Part shown: positions 46,782 through 57,820 of the stretch, in pieces
How positions within the stretch are numbered: the stretch's first letter is position 1
How the letters are laid out: every line of letters starts with the position of its first letter
Notes under the pieces: model-generated
Databases searched by the model: none
Seen by the model: the letters and a program-made list of their open reading frames with translations, nothing else
What the model was told of the DNA's origin: nothing
Source of the DNA: Candidatus Binatota bacterium
GTDB lineage: Bacteria > Desulfobacterota > Binatia > UBA1149
Direction of reading: 5' to 3'
DNA: 64,000 nucleotides
Assembly (NCBI GenBank): GCA_012960245.1
Contig: DUBO01000051.1
Location: forward strand, 60,887 to 124,886
Position numbers and translations under genes: made by a program

Positions 46782-47756
46782 TCAGACTTGAGGGAGTACT
46801 TCGCCGGCGATCAGTTTGAGGCTGGGCCAGGCCAGTTCCGGCGGTAAGCCGCCGCACAGGGGTTGGGTGATCAGGAAGCCGGTCTGCTTGATGTGCTCCA
46901 CGGCCTGTTGCGGGGTGAAGACGCGGTAGGGGCCCTGCTGCTCGCGGAGCTCGTCTACGCTGCTCGCCGTTGACAGGGTAACGGCCCTGTTGTGGTCGCC
47001 CAGCCAGGCCGCGTAGGAGCGCGCGTCGTGCAGCAGGTACGGCCCCAGTTCGGCCCACGCGCGGTCGGGGTCGCTGGCGACAAAAGCCGTGGTCACCGTG
47101 TCGCCGGGCGGGTTGATGCAGGCGCCCGGGGTGGTTCCGATCTTGCGGCATTCACGCTCGTAGATCTCGACCATCTCGCTGTTGGAGCCCTGGGTGAGCA
47201 TTCCCAGTCCGAAGCGCGCCGCCCGTCGTGCCGCCGCCCTGGTGTTTCCGCCCAGCAACAGGCCCGGGCCCTGGGGCGTAAGCGGCGTGGGGGTGACCCT
47301 GGCGTTGCGACCCTCGAACTCGAAAGGCTCTCCCGTCCAGGCCTGCCTCAGGGCTTCAAGACACTTGTCCATTCTCTTTCCCCGTTCGGCGAAGTCGTGG
47401 CCGAACATGGCGTATTCTTCGGGCCGGTAGCCGACCGCCAACACGTAGGACACGCGGCCGTTGCTGGCAATGTCGAGCACTGCCATCTCCTCGGCCAGGG
47501 CAACGGGATCGTGCAGTGGCAGCACCAGTGCCGCCAGTTGGATACCGATGCTGCGAGTCCTGCCAGCCATCGCGGCTGCCAGGATCAGCGGCGCGGGCAA
47601 GTAGCCGTCGTCGGAACCGTGGTGTTCCGATACGACCAGCTGCAGGCAGCCGTGTTGTTCCGCCCACTCGGCCATGTCGAGGGCGGCAGCGTAGAGGTCG
47701 GCACTACCCGCGGGGCTCATGGCCGGCAGTCGCATGTCGAAGCGCATTATGAACAA
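46782..47756 (-). CDS. LLM-class flavin-dependent oxidoreductase
   Basis: RFDMR, SEHH, PLHDPV.LAEE.AVLD, GYRPEEY. Confidence 0.85.
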   Translation of the reverse strand: MFIMRFDMRLPAMSPAGSADLYAAALDMAEWAEQHGCLQLVVSEHHGSDDGYLPAPLILAAAMAGRTRSIGIQLAALVLPLHDPVALAEEMAVLDIASNGRVSYVLAVGYRPEEYAMFGHDFAERGKRMDKCLEALRQAWTGEPFEFEGRNARVTPTPLTPQGPGLLLGGNTRAAARRAARFGLGMLTQGSNSEMVEIYERECRKIGTTPGACINPPGDTVTTAFVASDPDRAWAELGPYLLHDARSYAAWLGDHNRAVTLSTASSVDELREQQGPYRVFTPQQAVEHIKQTGFLITQPLCGGLPPELAWPSLKLIAGEVLPQV

Positions 47757-48205
47757 GAGCGGTGTTCTCCTCGCCCGGCCGGGCGCGCCTACGCCGGGCG
47801 TAAAGGTTTTGCATGTGGCAGGGCGGTCCGCAAGCCGAAGGTGGCGAGCTGGCGAGGATCGGGAGAGGCAATAGCTCTCTTAAATCACCAACATCCAGAG
47901 AATGGGCTCCCCGCAGCAGTTTGAGTTGGAACCAAGCGCGGGAATGTCTCCGAAACTTGGAAGAGCTTCGCCGGGCTCTTTCGCAGTAGGCTGAAGAGCG
48001 GGTGTTGCGCTTGTTCCGAGGTCAGAGGTTCCGAAAGCAGACGGTCCCGTAGTGTCCTAAAACTCGGCCTAACGGATTTCGAAGCTGGGATTGCGAGGCA
48101 GCGTAAGGCCTCAGCTTAGTTTTCGCCCACTACTGGAAAAACCGCGCACCGCCGACCATCAGTATGGTGACTGCGCGATCCAAAAAAGTCCGTGTAGAAA
48201 AAGAG

Positions 48206-48281
48206 TGGCTCCCCGGGCCGGACTCGAACCAGCGACAAGGTGATTAACAGTCACCTGCTCTACCAACTGAGCTACCGGGGA
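48206..48281 (-). tRNA. tRNA-Asn (GTT)
   Basis: Reverse complement TCCCCGGTAGCTCAGTTGGTAGAGCAGGTGACTGTTAATCACCTTGTCGCTGGTTCGAGTCCGGCCCGGGGAGCCA; cloverleaf with encoded CCA. Confidence 0.97.
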
Positions 48282-48378
48282 TCGTTGGGCGAATCCCATT
48301 GTATAGCCCAGCCATGGCGAGCGGGCAAAAAAGATATCACGGCAAAGCGACCGAGCGGGGGGTGGTAGCGGGTTAAGC

Positions 48379-49809
48379 TCAGGGGTCTACGTAGCCAAGA
48401 TCGCGTAGCTTCTGCTTGAGCTCTTCGGGAATATCGTCGCTGCCTTCACCGTCGCTTTCGGCAGCTTTGTTACCGCGGCCCGGCCCTTTGCGATTGATCA
48501 GCTGGTTGGCCTCGGCCCATTCGTCCAGCCCCGCCGCCCAGGAGTATACGCCGTGGCGGCTCGGAAGGGCGTTGAGTTCTCCGGGATCAACGCCGAGATC
48601 GTAGGCCTCGTTGCTGTCTTCGTCGGTGTAGCGCACGAGCTTCTGCGAGCCGCGCCTTTCGGCGATGACCGCTCCCCGGCTACCTAGTTTGCCGGCCGCC
48701 GTACCGGCTTCGCTGTATATCGGGGTCTCGGTCGACCAGTTCGAAGCGGTGGCGACCGCGCCTGCACCCAGCAGCCCCACGAGCGACGGTCCTGGCATCG
48801 AGTGCTCTACTCCGACCAGCTCGAGCAGGGTGGACGGCACGCTTATCGACGCGGGTACGGGTTTTTTTATCCGTGGTCCGTGATCGGTGAGCCCGGGTAC
48901 GCGGAGCACCCAGGGCACGTTGACGACCTCGGCGTAAACAAAACGCACGTGGTCGCAGTTGCCGTGTTCAAAGAATTCTTCGCCGTGATCCGAGGTCACC
49001 AGCACCACGGTCTTGTCGGCGAGGCCGAGTTTGTCCAGCTCGTCCAGGAAACGGCCCACGTGGCGGTCGCCGCCGCGCACAGACGCGTCGTAGAGCGATA
49101 CAATGGCGTCCAGGTTGGCCGGCCGCTCGCGTTTATCGCGACCGCAAAAGCCTTTCGATTCTCTTCGCGAGACGTTGCCGAGGCCGAGTGCCTGGCGATC
49201 AGCCGAAGTGGAATAGTAGGGACGATGGGCGTTGTAGCCGTGCAGGAACAGGAAAAAAGGCCGATCCTGGTTGAGACGCAGCCAGTCGAGAGCGCCGTCC
49301 ATGTTGTGTTCAAAGCGCCGACCGTCGGCCTGGTAGACGTCAAAACCACGGGCAAACCCGAAGTGGGCCGACACAAATCCGCCCCCGGTGAAGGCCCCGG
49401 TCGCGTACCCGGCGTCTTTGAATTCTTCGGCCAGCATGCGCGCCGACTGAGGTAGCCGCCGCATGGCGGGATAGCGTACCACCCCGAGCACGCGCGGTTG
49501 CAGGCCGGTCATTATCGAGCCGTGGGCGGGTAGCGTCCACGGTGACTGGCTCACGGCTTGCTCAAAAAGCGCTGATTTAGCGGCGAGTTGATCCACCGAG
49601 GGTGAGGTGTCACGGGAGTAACCGTAGCAGCCCAGGTGGTCGGCCCGTACCGTGTCCATGGAAACCAGCACGACATTGCAGCCGGGGCAGGCCGCGGTGG
49701 AGAGGGTAGTGCCCGGGCCGGTGCCCGGGCGTTCGCTGCAGGACGCGAGCAGGGCCAGCAGGGTGCCGAGGCCGACGCGAAGCAGCCGTGGGAATAGAGA
49801 AAGGGTCAT
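48379..49809 (-). CDS. Sulfatase-like hydrolase (alkaline phosphatase superfamily), probable lipoprotein
   Basis: LASC lipobox-like; DTVRADH, SPWTLPAH, TSDHGEEF, C-terminal LRDLGYV. Confidence 0.85.
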   Translation of the reverse strand: MTLSLFPRLLRVGLGTLLALLASCSERPGTGPGTTLSTAACPGCNVVLVSMDTVRADHLGCYGYSRDTSPSVDQLAAKSALFEQAVSQSPWTLPAHGSIMTGLQPRVLGVVRYPAMRRLPQSARMLAEEFKDAGYATGAFTGGGFVSAHFGFARGFDVYQADGRRFEHNMDGALDWLRLNQDRPFFLFLHGYNAHRPYYSTSADRQALGLGNVSRRESKGFCGRDKRERPANLDAIVSLYDASVRGGDRHVGRFLDELDKLGLADKTVVLVTSDHGEEFFEHGNCDHVRFVYAEVVNVPWVLRVPGLTDHGPRIKKPVPASISVPSTLLELVGVEHSMPGPSLVGLLGAGAVATASNWSTETPIYSEAGTAAGKLGSRGAVIAERRGSQKLVRYTDEDSNEAYDLGVDPGELNALPSRHGVYSWAAGLDEWAEANQLINRKGPGRGNKAAESDGEGSDDIPEELKQKLRDLGYVDP

Positions 49810-49955
49810 GCAGTGGCTATGATAGGCAGTCTGCGCGGGCGGGTCTATTCCGCCGGCGCTGAATCGCCGACCGGGGGCCTGGGGCTGGAAACGAAAAATT
49901 CTGCGGGCCCCGTGCTTCGTGGCAACTTGGGTCGGCCCAGGGAGAAAAACGAAAG

Positions 49956-51422
49956 GTGAAACGATCTACACCGGTAATTGTACTGGCCGCGCTGCTGGTA
50001 CTGGGCGTGCTGGCCCTGCCCGGGCAACGCGCCGGGACGCTGGCCCAGGGCCGTGTGCTCGTGCTTGGCGTGGACGGCGGCACCTGGGACGTGATCGTGC
50101 CCATGATCGAAGCGGGCGAACTACCGGCCCTGGCAGGCCTCTACCGGCACGGGGTTCACGGGATTCTCAAGACTCGCCCGCCGGTAATTTCGCCGGTGGT
50201 GTGGTCAACCATGTTCACCGGCAAGCTGCCCGCCGAGCACGGCGTCCTGAACTGGAAAACCTCCCACTCTACTCACCGCAAGGTCAAGGCAACGTGGAAC
50301 ATAGCCAGTGACGCAGGGCTTCGCAGCCACGTGTACAACGTGCCCGGGTCATGGCCGCCCGAGCAGGTCAACGGACGCATGGCTTCCGGTTTTCCACTGA
50401 GCGGTTCGACGATAGGCGGCAGCACCGGCGAGGTTTACGATCTTTCGCTGGCCGATCCCTCCGACGGCAACCGGATCTTCGAGGACAACGAGACGGCCAT
50501 CCGCGGGGCCGCCCGCGGCTTGGAGCCGGGGCAGTGGAGCGACTGGTTCGACGTTGGCGCGCTGCGCAAGCCAGCGCTCAAGGGGCGGATGCGCGTGCGC
50601 AAGCTGGCGCCCGACAGGATCTACGCTACACCGTTTTACAGGTCAGACGCGGGCCTGGTAGTTACCTGGCCCGAAGAACTGGCGGAGGAGCTCAGGGCCG
50701 AACTGGGGCAGGCTTACATTCCCGAAGGGCCAGGCTGGAGCCGCCACGCCGAACCTGACACCCCCACTTTCCTGGCCGAGCATCTCGCCCAGGTCTCGCG
50801 GCTGCAAAGCGGGGCGGCGGGTCTTTCGATTGCCGACGACTGGCAGCTGTTTATATACGTGCATACGCTCGTGGACCGGGTGTCTCACCCATACTGGGCC
50901 TACATGCGCCCGGACGACTACGAGGGCATGGATGCTGAAAAGGCGCGCCGTTACGGGGAGGCGGTGCCCGATGCCTACCGCGAGACCGACCGGCAGTTGG
51001 GGAGATTGCTCGCCGAAATCGATGACGACGTCTACGTGGTGGTGGTTTCAGACCACGGATTCAAGTCGAGCAAGAACCGCAGCCTGCTCATCGGCACGCA
51101 CGATTTTGACGGAATCTACCTGGTCGCGGGTCCGGGAATCGAGCCGGGTGACGGGCCCGAAACTAACATCGAAGACGTGGCACCCACGCTGCTTTACTTA
51201 CTGGGATTGCCCGGAGCGGCAGACATGGTGGGCAAGATATTCCCGCCCGTGGTCGATTCTCTCGGTGGAGGACGGCTGAAAGTTGCCAGCTACGAAGACC
51301 TGCAGCGACCGGGTAACGATCAACCGGTAGACAAGTCCACCTGGGAACAACTGCGAAGCCTGGGCTACGTGACCGGTGACCCGCCTGCGGCGCGCGAAAA
51401 CGAAGCCGGGCAGGCTCGCTGA
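49956..51422 (+). CDS. Alkaline phosphatase / nucleotide pyrophosphatase-phosphodiesterase family protein
   Basis: GVDGGTW, SPVVWSTMFTG..HGV, DRVSH, SDHGF, C-terminal LRSLGYV. Confidence 0.85.
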   Translation: MKRSTPVIVLAALLVLGVLALPGQRAGTLAQGRVLVLGVDGGTWDVIVPMIEAGELPALAGLYRHGVHGILKTRPPVISPVVWSTMFTGKLPAEHGVLNWKTSHSTHRKVKATWNIASDAGLRSHVYNVPGSWPPEQVNGRMASGFPLSGSTIGGSTGEVYDLSLADPSDGNRIFEDNETAIRGAARGLEPGQWSDWFDVGALRKPALKGRMRVRKLAPDRIYATPFYRSDAGLVVTWPEELAEELRAELGQAYIPEGPGWSRHAEPDTPTFLAEHLAQVSRLQSGAAGLSIADDWQLFIYVHTLVDRVSHPYWAYMRPDDYEGMDAEKARRYGEAVPDAYRETDRQLGRLLAEIDDDVYVVVVSDHGFKSSKNRSLLIGTHDFDGIYLVAGPGIEPGDGPETNIEDVAPTLLYLLGLPGAADMVGKIFPPVVDSLGGGRLKVASYEDLQRPGNDQPVDKSTWEQLRSLGYVTGDPPAARENEAGQAR

Positions 51423-51435
51423 TAAGAGTTTTGGC

Positions 51436-51678
51436 TCAGTGACGGACCGGTTCTTCGGCCCCGTCGTCCTCGAACACAATCTCGCCGTCGTTGACCAATG
51501 CCAGGACAACAGCGTCCAGGTCTGCCAGGGCTCTGCCCTTGAGGCTGAAATAGGTCACGCCGCGCCGTATGGCATCGGCCAGTTCCGTGACGAGAAACAC
51601 CGTATCGTGTGAGCTTCCGAGCAACTCGGCACCGGTAATAGGGGCACGCACAGTGGATGTGGAACGCGTCGATCTCAT
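51436..51678 (-). CDS. Small hypothetical protein
   Basis: AAAAGG RBS-like sequence just before ATG 51678; plausible globular composition; no recognised motif. Confidence 0.4.
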   Translation of the reverse strand: MRSTRSTSTVRAPITGAELLGSSHDTVFLVTELADAIRRGVTYFSLKGRALADLDAVVLALVNDGEIVFEDDGAEEPVRH

Positions 51679-51829
51679 GTCCTTTTGAAACCAAGAAGTG
51701 TGCCACGGCGCCTCTTCGGTCACCCGCTTTTCCTGCGGGTTTGTACGCGGGTGTTCGATAGCGTCCACCGACAATCCTGCGCCTGGCCACCTGCGAGTTG
51801 CAGTTCTGCATGATCAGCCTGTTCGTTAA

Positions 51830-51845
51830 TGGCACGCCGTTTGCT
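51830..51845 (+). promoter_or_regulatory. Sigma54 (-24/-12) promoter upstream of flp1
   Basis: TGGCAC-GCCGT-TTGCT, exact consensus match. Confidence 0.75.
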
Positions 51846-51891
51846 CACTACTGCGAGCCCTAGGGGCAGACAAAGGCGAGGAGAAAGAACG

Positions 51892-52050
51892 ATGACAAAA
51901 ATACTGAAACGGCTAAGGGACGATGAGCAGGGAGCATCCATGACCGAGTACGCGTTGCTGTTGGCAATGATTGCCCTTGGTACCGTGGGTGCGGTCACCG
52001 CTTTCAGTGACCAGATACTTACGCTCTTCAGTTCATTAGACCAGTTCTGA
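51892..52050 (+). CDS. flp: Flp family type IVb pilin (copy 1)
   Basis: GAGGAG RBS; DEQG|ASMTEYALL plus hydrophobic helix. Confidence 0.9.
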   Translation: MTKILKRLRDDEQGASMTEYALLLAMIALGTVGAVTAFSDQILTLFSSLDQF

Positions 52051-52196
52051 GGCAGGATCGTGACACCGCAATGCCCAGGGCAGCAAGTGGCAAAAATGTG
52101 CCGCTACAAGTCCAACAATGTCCGTTCAACGGGCGTGGCTGGCGCAGCGACGGCAGTAAAGCGCGGAAAAACGAGCCCTGGCAATAAATTCTCCGG

Positions 52197-52212
52197 TGGC
52201 ACAGAGATTGCT
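52197..52212 (+). promoter_or_regulatory. Sigma54 (-24/-12) promoter upstream of flp2/tad genes
   Basis: TGGCAC-AGAGA-TTGCT, exact consensus match. Confidence 0.75.
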
Positions 52213-52278
52213 GTTTACCACCGGGAACAGACGGGCATCAAGCCCTGTTAACAAACGAAACCCAGGAGGAAAGAGAAA

Positions 52279-52449
52279 ATGGAACTTATCAAGGCACTGT
52301 GGAAAGACGAGCAAGGCGCTTCGATGGCCGAATACGCGTTGCTGATGGCTCTCATAGCCGTTGCGACGATTGGTGCGATCACCGCGCTTCGCGACCAGAT
52401 CATATCGATCTTTAACGACGCTACTACGACGCTGTCCACCGCCAGCTGA
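52279..52449 (+). CDS. flp: Flp family type IVb pilin (copy 2, 56 aa; absent from ORF track)
   Basis: AGGAGG RBS; MELIKALWKDEQG|ASMAEYALLMALIAVATIGAITALRDQIISIFNDATTTLSTAS*. Confidence 0.92.
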   Translation: MELIKALWKDEQGASMAEYALLMALIAVATIGAITALRDQIISIFNDATTTLSTAS

Positions 52450-52467
52450 AGTGGTTGGGTCAAGTTG

Positions 52468-52501
52468 AGCCGGGTGCCGTCTCACCGACGGTACCCGGTT
52501 T
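52468..52501 (+). terminator. Hairpin after flp2 (probable partial terminator/stabiliser)
   Basis: AGCCGGGTGCCGTC-TCACC-GACGGTACCCGGTT followed by T. Confidence 0.65.
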
Positions 52502-52530
52502 AGCTTATGCTCACCGCAAGGTGACAAGAC

Positions 52531-53088
52531 GTGGAATACTCTCTTAATACACTTGTTGCGGTTCCCGCGCTGATTTTCATGTTCCTGGCTGCGGCCAGTG
52601 ACCTGAGGGCGCGCAGGATTTCCAACAAGCTTAATCTTTGCGCGGCCCTGCTCGGCGCCTGGTTGCACTTCGTGACCGGCGGCGTGGAGGGTCTCGGTAT
52701 GTCGCTGGGCGGTATGACCGCCGGTCTCGGCTTGCTGTTCGTGCCCTTCGCGGCGGGAATGGTTGGCGGCGGCGACGTCAAGTTTGCAGCGGCCGCGGGT
52801 TCCTTTCTCGGGGCCGGGCTGTTGTGCATCGGGCTGGGCGCTGGCGTGGTCCTGGCAGGCGCCGTGGGCGCCGGGTCGATACTGTGCAGTGGCAAGGCCA
52901 AGGCCGTAATGATCGGGCTCTGGGCTGATCTCAACATGATCGCCTCCGGGCAGAGGCCAGGGACTCTCAAGGCTGGAGAGGGCACGCGCACCATGCCCTA
53001 CGGATTGATGTTGGCAGTGGGCATGGCCGGGACGCTGGTTCATGCAACGTGGAGGATAGAAACATGGCTAGGCCCTTTGTCCTGGTAG
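52531..53088 (+). CDS. cpaA: Prepilin peptidase (A24, CpaA/TadV)
   Basis: DLRARRISN, GGGDVK, MPYG. Confidence 0.9.
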   Translation: MEYSLNTLVAVPALIFMFLAAASDLRARRISNKLNLCAALLGAWLHFVTGGVEGLGMSLGGMTAGLGLLFVPFAAGMVGGGDVKFAAAAGSFLGAGLLCIGLGAGVVLAGAVGAGSILCSGKAKAVMIGLWADLNMIASGQRPGTLKAGEGTRTMPYGLMLAVGMAGTLVHATWRIETWLGPLSW

Positions 53089-53831
53089 TGGCTGGAGTGC
53101 TGTTCGCAGCGCTTGCCGGCCTTATGACTTTTTCATGGCTCGACGGCCAGGCCGGCTCACTTGATGCGCCGGTGTTGCAACACAGGAGCGTGGTGGTTGC
53201 CGCGCAGACGGTGGGCAGGGGCCAACTGGTAGAGCCGAGGCACCTGAAGGTCGTCGACTGGCCGGCCCACTCGGTACCCGAGGGGACCTACCATGATCCC
53301 AGCAAGCTTGTCGGCAAGGTAGCGAGGGTTTCCATCATGGCTAACGAACCCGTTACCGATGCTCGATTGTCGCGCAACCGCAGTACCAGTCTCCTTTCAA
53401 TGCTCGTGCAGCCCGGCAGGCGCGCGATCTCGGTTCGGGTGAATGAAGTTACCGGTATTTCCGGTTTCGTGGCCCCGAACAGCCGCGTGGATGTGCTCGT
53501 AACGATAGGGCGACGCGAAGAGCTCGAAGCGAGGTCAAAAGTCATCCTGCAGGACGTCAGGGTGTTGGCCATCGACCAGGAGGTCGAGCAGGTGGACAAC
53601 AAGCCGGTGACGGTAAAGACGATCACCCTCGACGTCACCCCGCGGCAGGCAGAAACCCTGACGCTGGCGGTTCACGAGGGCAGTCTCTACTTCGTCCTGC
53701 GTAACGACAAGGACGGCGACGGGGTAGTTACCTCGGGCAGGACAGTGAGCGAGGTGCTGGGCGGTTCATCGGGTAACCGCCACACGGTTGAAGTGATTCG
53801 TGGCAGCTCGGTAGAGAATTACATTTTCTGA
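53064..53831 (+). CDS. cpaB: Flp pilus assembly protein CpaB/RcpC
   Basis: SAF domain, GRRAISVRV, GFVAPNSRVDV, LQDVRVLAIDQ; GGAGG RBS. Confidence 0.9.
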   Translation: MARPFVLVVAGVLFAALAGLMTFSWLDGQAGSLDAPVLQHRSVVVAAQTVGRGQLVEPRHLKVVDWPAHSVPEGTYHDPSKLVGKVARVSIMANEPVTDARLSRNRSTSLLSMLVQPGRRAISVRVNEVTGISGFVAPNSRVDVLVTIGRREELEARSKVILQDVRVLAIDQEVEQVDNKPVTVKTITLDVTPRQAETLTLAVHEGSLYFVLRNDKDGDGVVTSGRTVSEVLGGSSGNRHTVEVIRGSSVENYIF

Positions 53832-53840
53832 GGAGGCGGG

Positions 53841-55049
53841 ATGGTCATGCAGAAGCAAGAAGAAAAACAGAACTCGTTGTTACGGCTTTCCGTTTCGGTC
53901 CTGGTGTCGGCGGCGCTGCTGCTGACAAGCGGGGCCCCGGTTTCAGCCGGCGACGCGGCCCTGGTGAGCAGGGTTTCACCTGTGAAGGCAGCCTATCGTA
54001 ACGACGAGGGGGACAAGGTGCTTCACGTCATGGCCGGTAAGACCGTGGTACTGGACTTCAAGGACCGCGCCAAGCGTGTAGCGGTGGCTAACAAGGACGT
54101 CGCCGACGTCGTGATAGCTACGCCCGAGCAGTTGCTGGTAAACGGCATTTCGGCCGGCGAGACCAGCCTCGTTGCATGGAGCGATAAGGGCAACTACAGC
54201 ATTTACAATATCGTCGTAACCGAGCAGGCCCGCGAGCAGGTGATGCTCGAAATCACGGTAGCCGAGGTCAACAAGGCCGAGCTCGAGAAGCGCGGCATAG
54301 ACATTCGCGCCATGGGGGGACAGTTCGGTGCCCTGAGCCAGGCCGGCGGCGTAGCCCCGGTGTTTGGACAGCACGCGCCTCAGGCCAACCAGCCTCCGTT
54401 CCCCGTGAGCCTGGGATCCGGTCTTTCGTTGGCGGTCGTGGATTTCAGCAACGACATAGCCGGTTTCATCAAGGCGACCAATGACGACAACGTTGCCCGT
54501 ATACTGGCCGAGCCCAAACTCCTCGCGCGTAGCGGCGAGAAAGCCAGCTTCCTTTCCGGCGGCGAGATTCCCATTCTTATCAGCGAAGACCAGCAGACAT
54601 CGGTCTCTTACAAGGAGTTCGGGGTGAAGGTCGATTTCGTTCCCGTCGTGGCCATAGACGGCACCATAGAGCTCGACGTTTTCGCGGAAGTCAGTGAGCC
54701 TGATTTTTCGCAGGGGGTCGAGCTGTTCGGCTTTACCGTACCAGCCTTTGTCAGTCGCCGAGCGCAGACGAGCGTGAGTCTTACGAGTGGCCGTAGCCTG
54801 GTAATTGCCGGTTTGCTCAAGACCACAGAGCGGGACTTCACCTCGAAGGTGCCCGTCCTCGGAAGCGTGCCGATACTAGGTGCGCTTTTCAGGCGCAGCG
54901 AGAAAGAAAAGTTTGAAACCGAGCTGATCATGGTGGTAAAGCCCGTACTGCTCGGTTCCGGTGGCTTCGATGCCTCGGCGACCGCCTCTCAAGGAGACGG
55001 AGCCGTGGACTTCATCCGCAAAAAGACCGAGGGATCCCAGCTTCGCTGA
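53841..55049 (+). CDS. cpaC: Tad secretin CpaC/RcpA
   Basis: LAEPKL..SGEKASFLSGGEIP, YKEFGV, KVPVLGSVPILGALFR. Confidence 0.9.
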   Translation: MVMQKQEEKQNSLLRLSVSVLVSAALLLTSGAPVSAGDAALVSRVSPVKAAYRNDEGDKVLHVMAGKTVVLDFKDRAKRVAVANKDVADVVIATPEQLLVNGISAGETSLVAWSDKGNYSIYNIVVTEQAREQVMLEITVAEVNKAELEKRGIDIRAMGGQFGALSQAGGVAPVFGQHAPQANQPPFPVSLGSGLSLAVVDFSNDIAGFIKATNDDNVARILAEPKLLARSGEKASFLSGGEIPILISEDQQTSVSYKEFGVKVDFVPVVAIDGTIELDVFAEVSEPDFSQGVELFGFTVPAFVSRRAQTSVSLTSGRSLVIAGLLKTTERDFTSKVPVLGSVPILGALFRRSEKEKFETELIMVVKPVLLGSGGFDASATASQGDGAVDFIRKKTEGSQLR

Positions 55050-55067
55050 GGAATACGGAAACCGGCG

Positions 55068-56260
55068 ATGAAACGGGATAGTATCCGAACACTTACAGCC
55101 TTTAGAGGGCAGGACGATTCGGCCTTGAGGTCGGTGTTGGAATCCTTGCCCGGATTCGACGTAGAGGTATGCTCAAATTCTTACGAGCAAGTGCTCGCGC
55201 GCGGTGGTCTTGAAGACGTCCAGGCCGCGTTTGTCTACCTCGACGGAATCGAGGACGAGGGGCTCAAGCTCGTCGGACGGCTCATGGCCTCGCAGCCGGA
55301 CCTCGCGGTGTTCGTCGTGTCGGAGAAACCCGGTACCGACCTCGTCGTAAGTTCTATAAGGGCCGGGGCCGCCGACGTGGTGGCCGCTGACGCGGGAACT
55401 GCGGACCTTCTTAAGCACATGGTGCGCCTGGTCGAGGTGCGCCGAAAACGTCCGGGCGGAGGTTGTCACAAGCTGGTGACGGTGTTCTCGCCGAGGGGCG
55501 GTGTCGGCGTGACGACCCTGGCCATAAATCTCGCGGTTTCGCTCAAGCAGCAGACCGGGGCACGCGTCGCGCTCGTTGACCTCGACCTGCAGAACGGCGA
55601 AGTGCCAGCTTTTCTCAATTTCAGGCACCCCTATTCGATCCTCGACCTCGTAGAAAACGTGGACAACCTTGACCCCGTGTTCCTGCAGGCCACGCTCTAC
55701 CAACACTCGAGCGGGGTAGCCGTGCTACCCGCGCCCCCGATGCTGGAGGATTCCGAATCTCTTTCGGGTTCCGACGTCGCCGCGGTCCTCAAGGCGCTCA
55801 AGGCCCAGTATGACTACGTGGTGGTTGATACTCCGCCGGTGCTCAACGATGTCGTGCTTCCCGCCCTCGAGGCAGCCGAGCCCTTGTATCTCTTGACGGG
55901 AAACACCATCCCCGCCATCCGGGCGCTGCAGAGGGTGTGCGGGACACTGAAGAGGGTGGGATTGACGCCCGATAACATTAAGCTCGTGGTCGCCGGCGCA
56001 GCCGCGGCGGGGGAGGTGACCGACGATGACATCGCCGACGTGAGCAGGCTGCCGGTGAGCGGCTGCCTGCCCGCCGACCCCGTCGTTGCCGCCAGCGCCC
56101 TGGGCCAGGGCAGATCGGTGTTCGCCGCCGATGAGGACAGCAAGCTGGCGGTCGCAATACGCGCTATAGCGGCGCGACTGGCGGGCCCGGCTGCTGTTGT
56201 GCAGCCGCCGCAGCGACGAGGATTATTCTCCAGGTTCACGCCTGCAGGGGGTGCCAGCTA

Positions 56261-56261
<1 letters not shown>
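55068..56261 (+). CDS. cpaE: CpaE/TadZ (receiver-like + MinD-like ATPase)
   Basis: Degenerate receiver domain; [29 protein letters not shown]. Confidence 0.85.

Positions 56262-57801
<1,540 letters not shown>

Positions 57802-57820
<19 letters not shown>

Noticed and set aside
48065..48120. GGATTTCGA segment reminiscent of a tmRNA 5' end
   Set aside because: No matching acceptor stem, T-arm/CCA or tag reading frame on that strand.
52060..52251. 63-aa ORF between the two flp genes
   Set aside because: Overlaps the sigma54 promoter; no pilin motif; the region is better explained as regulatory.
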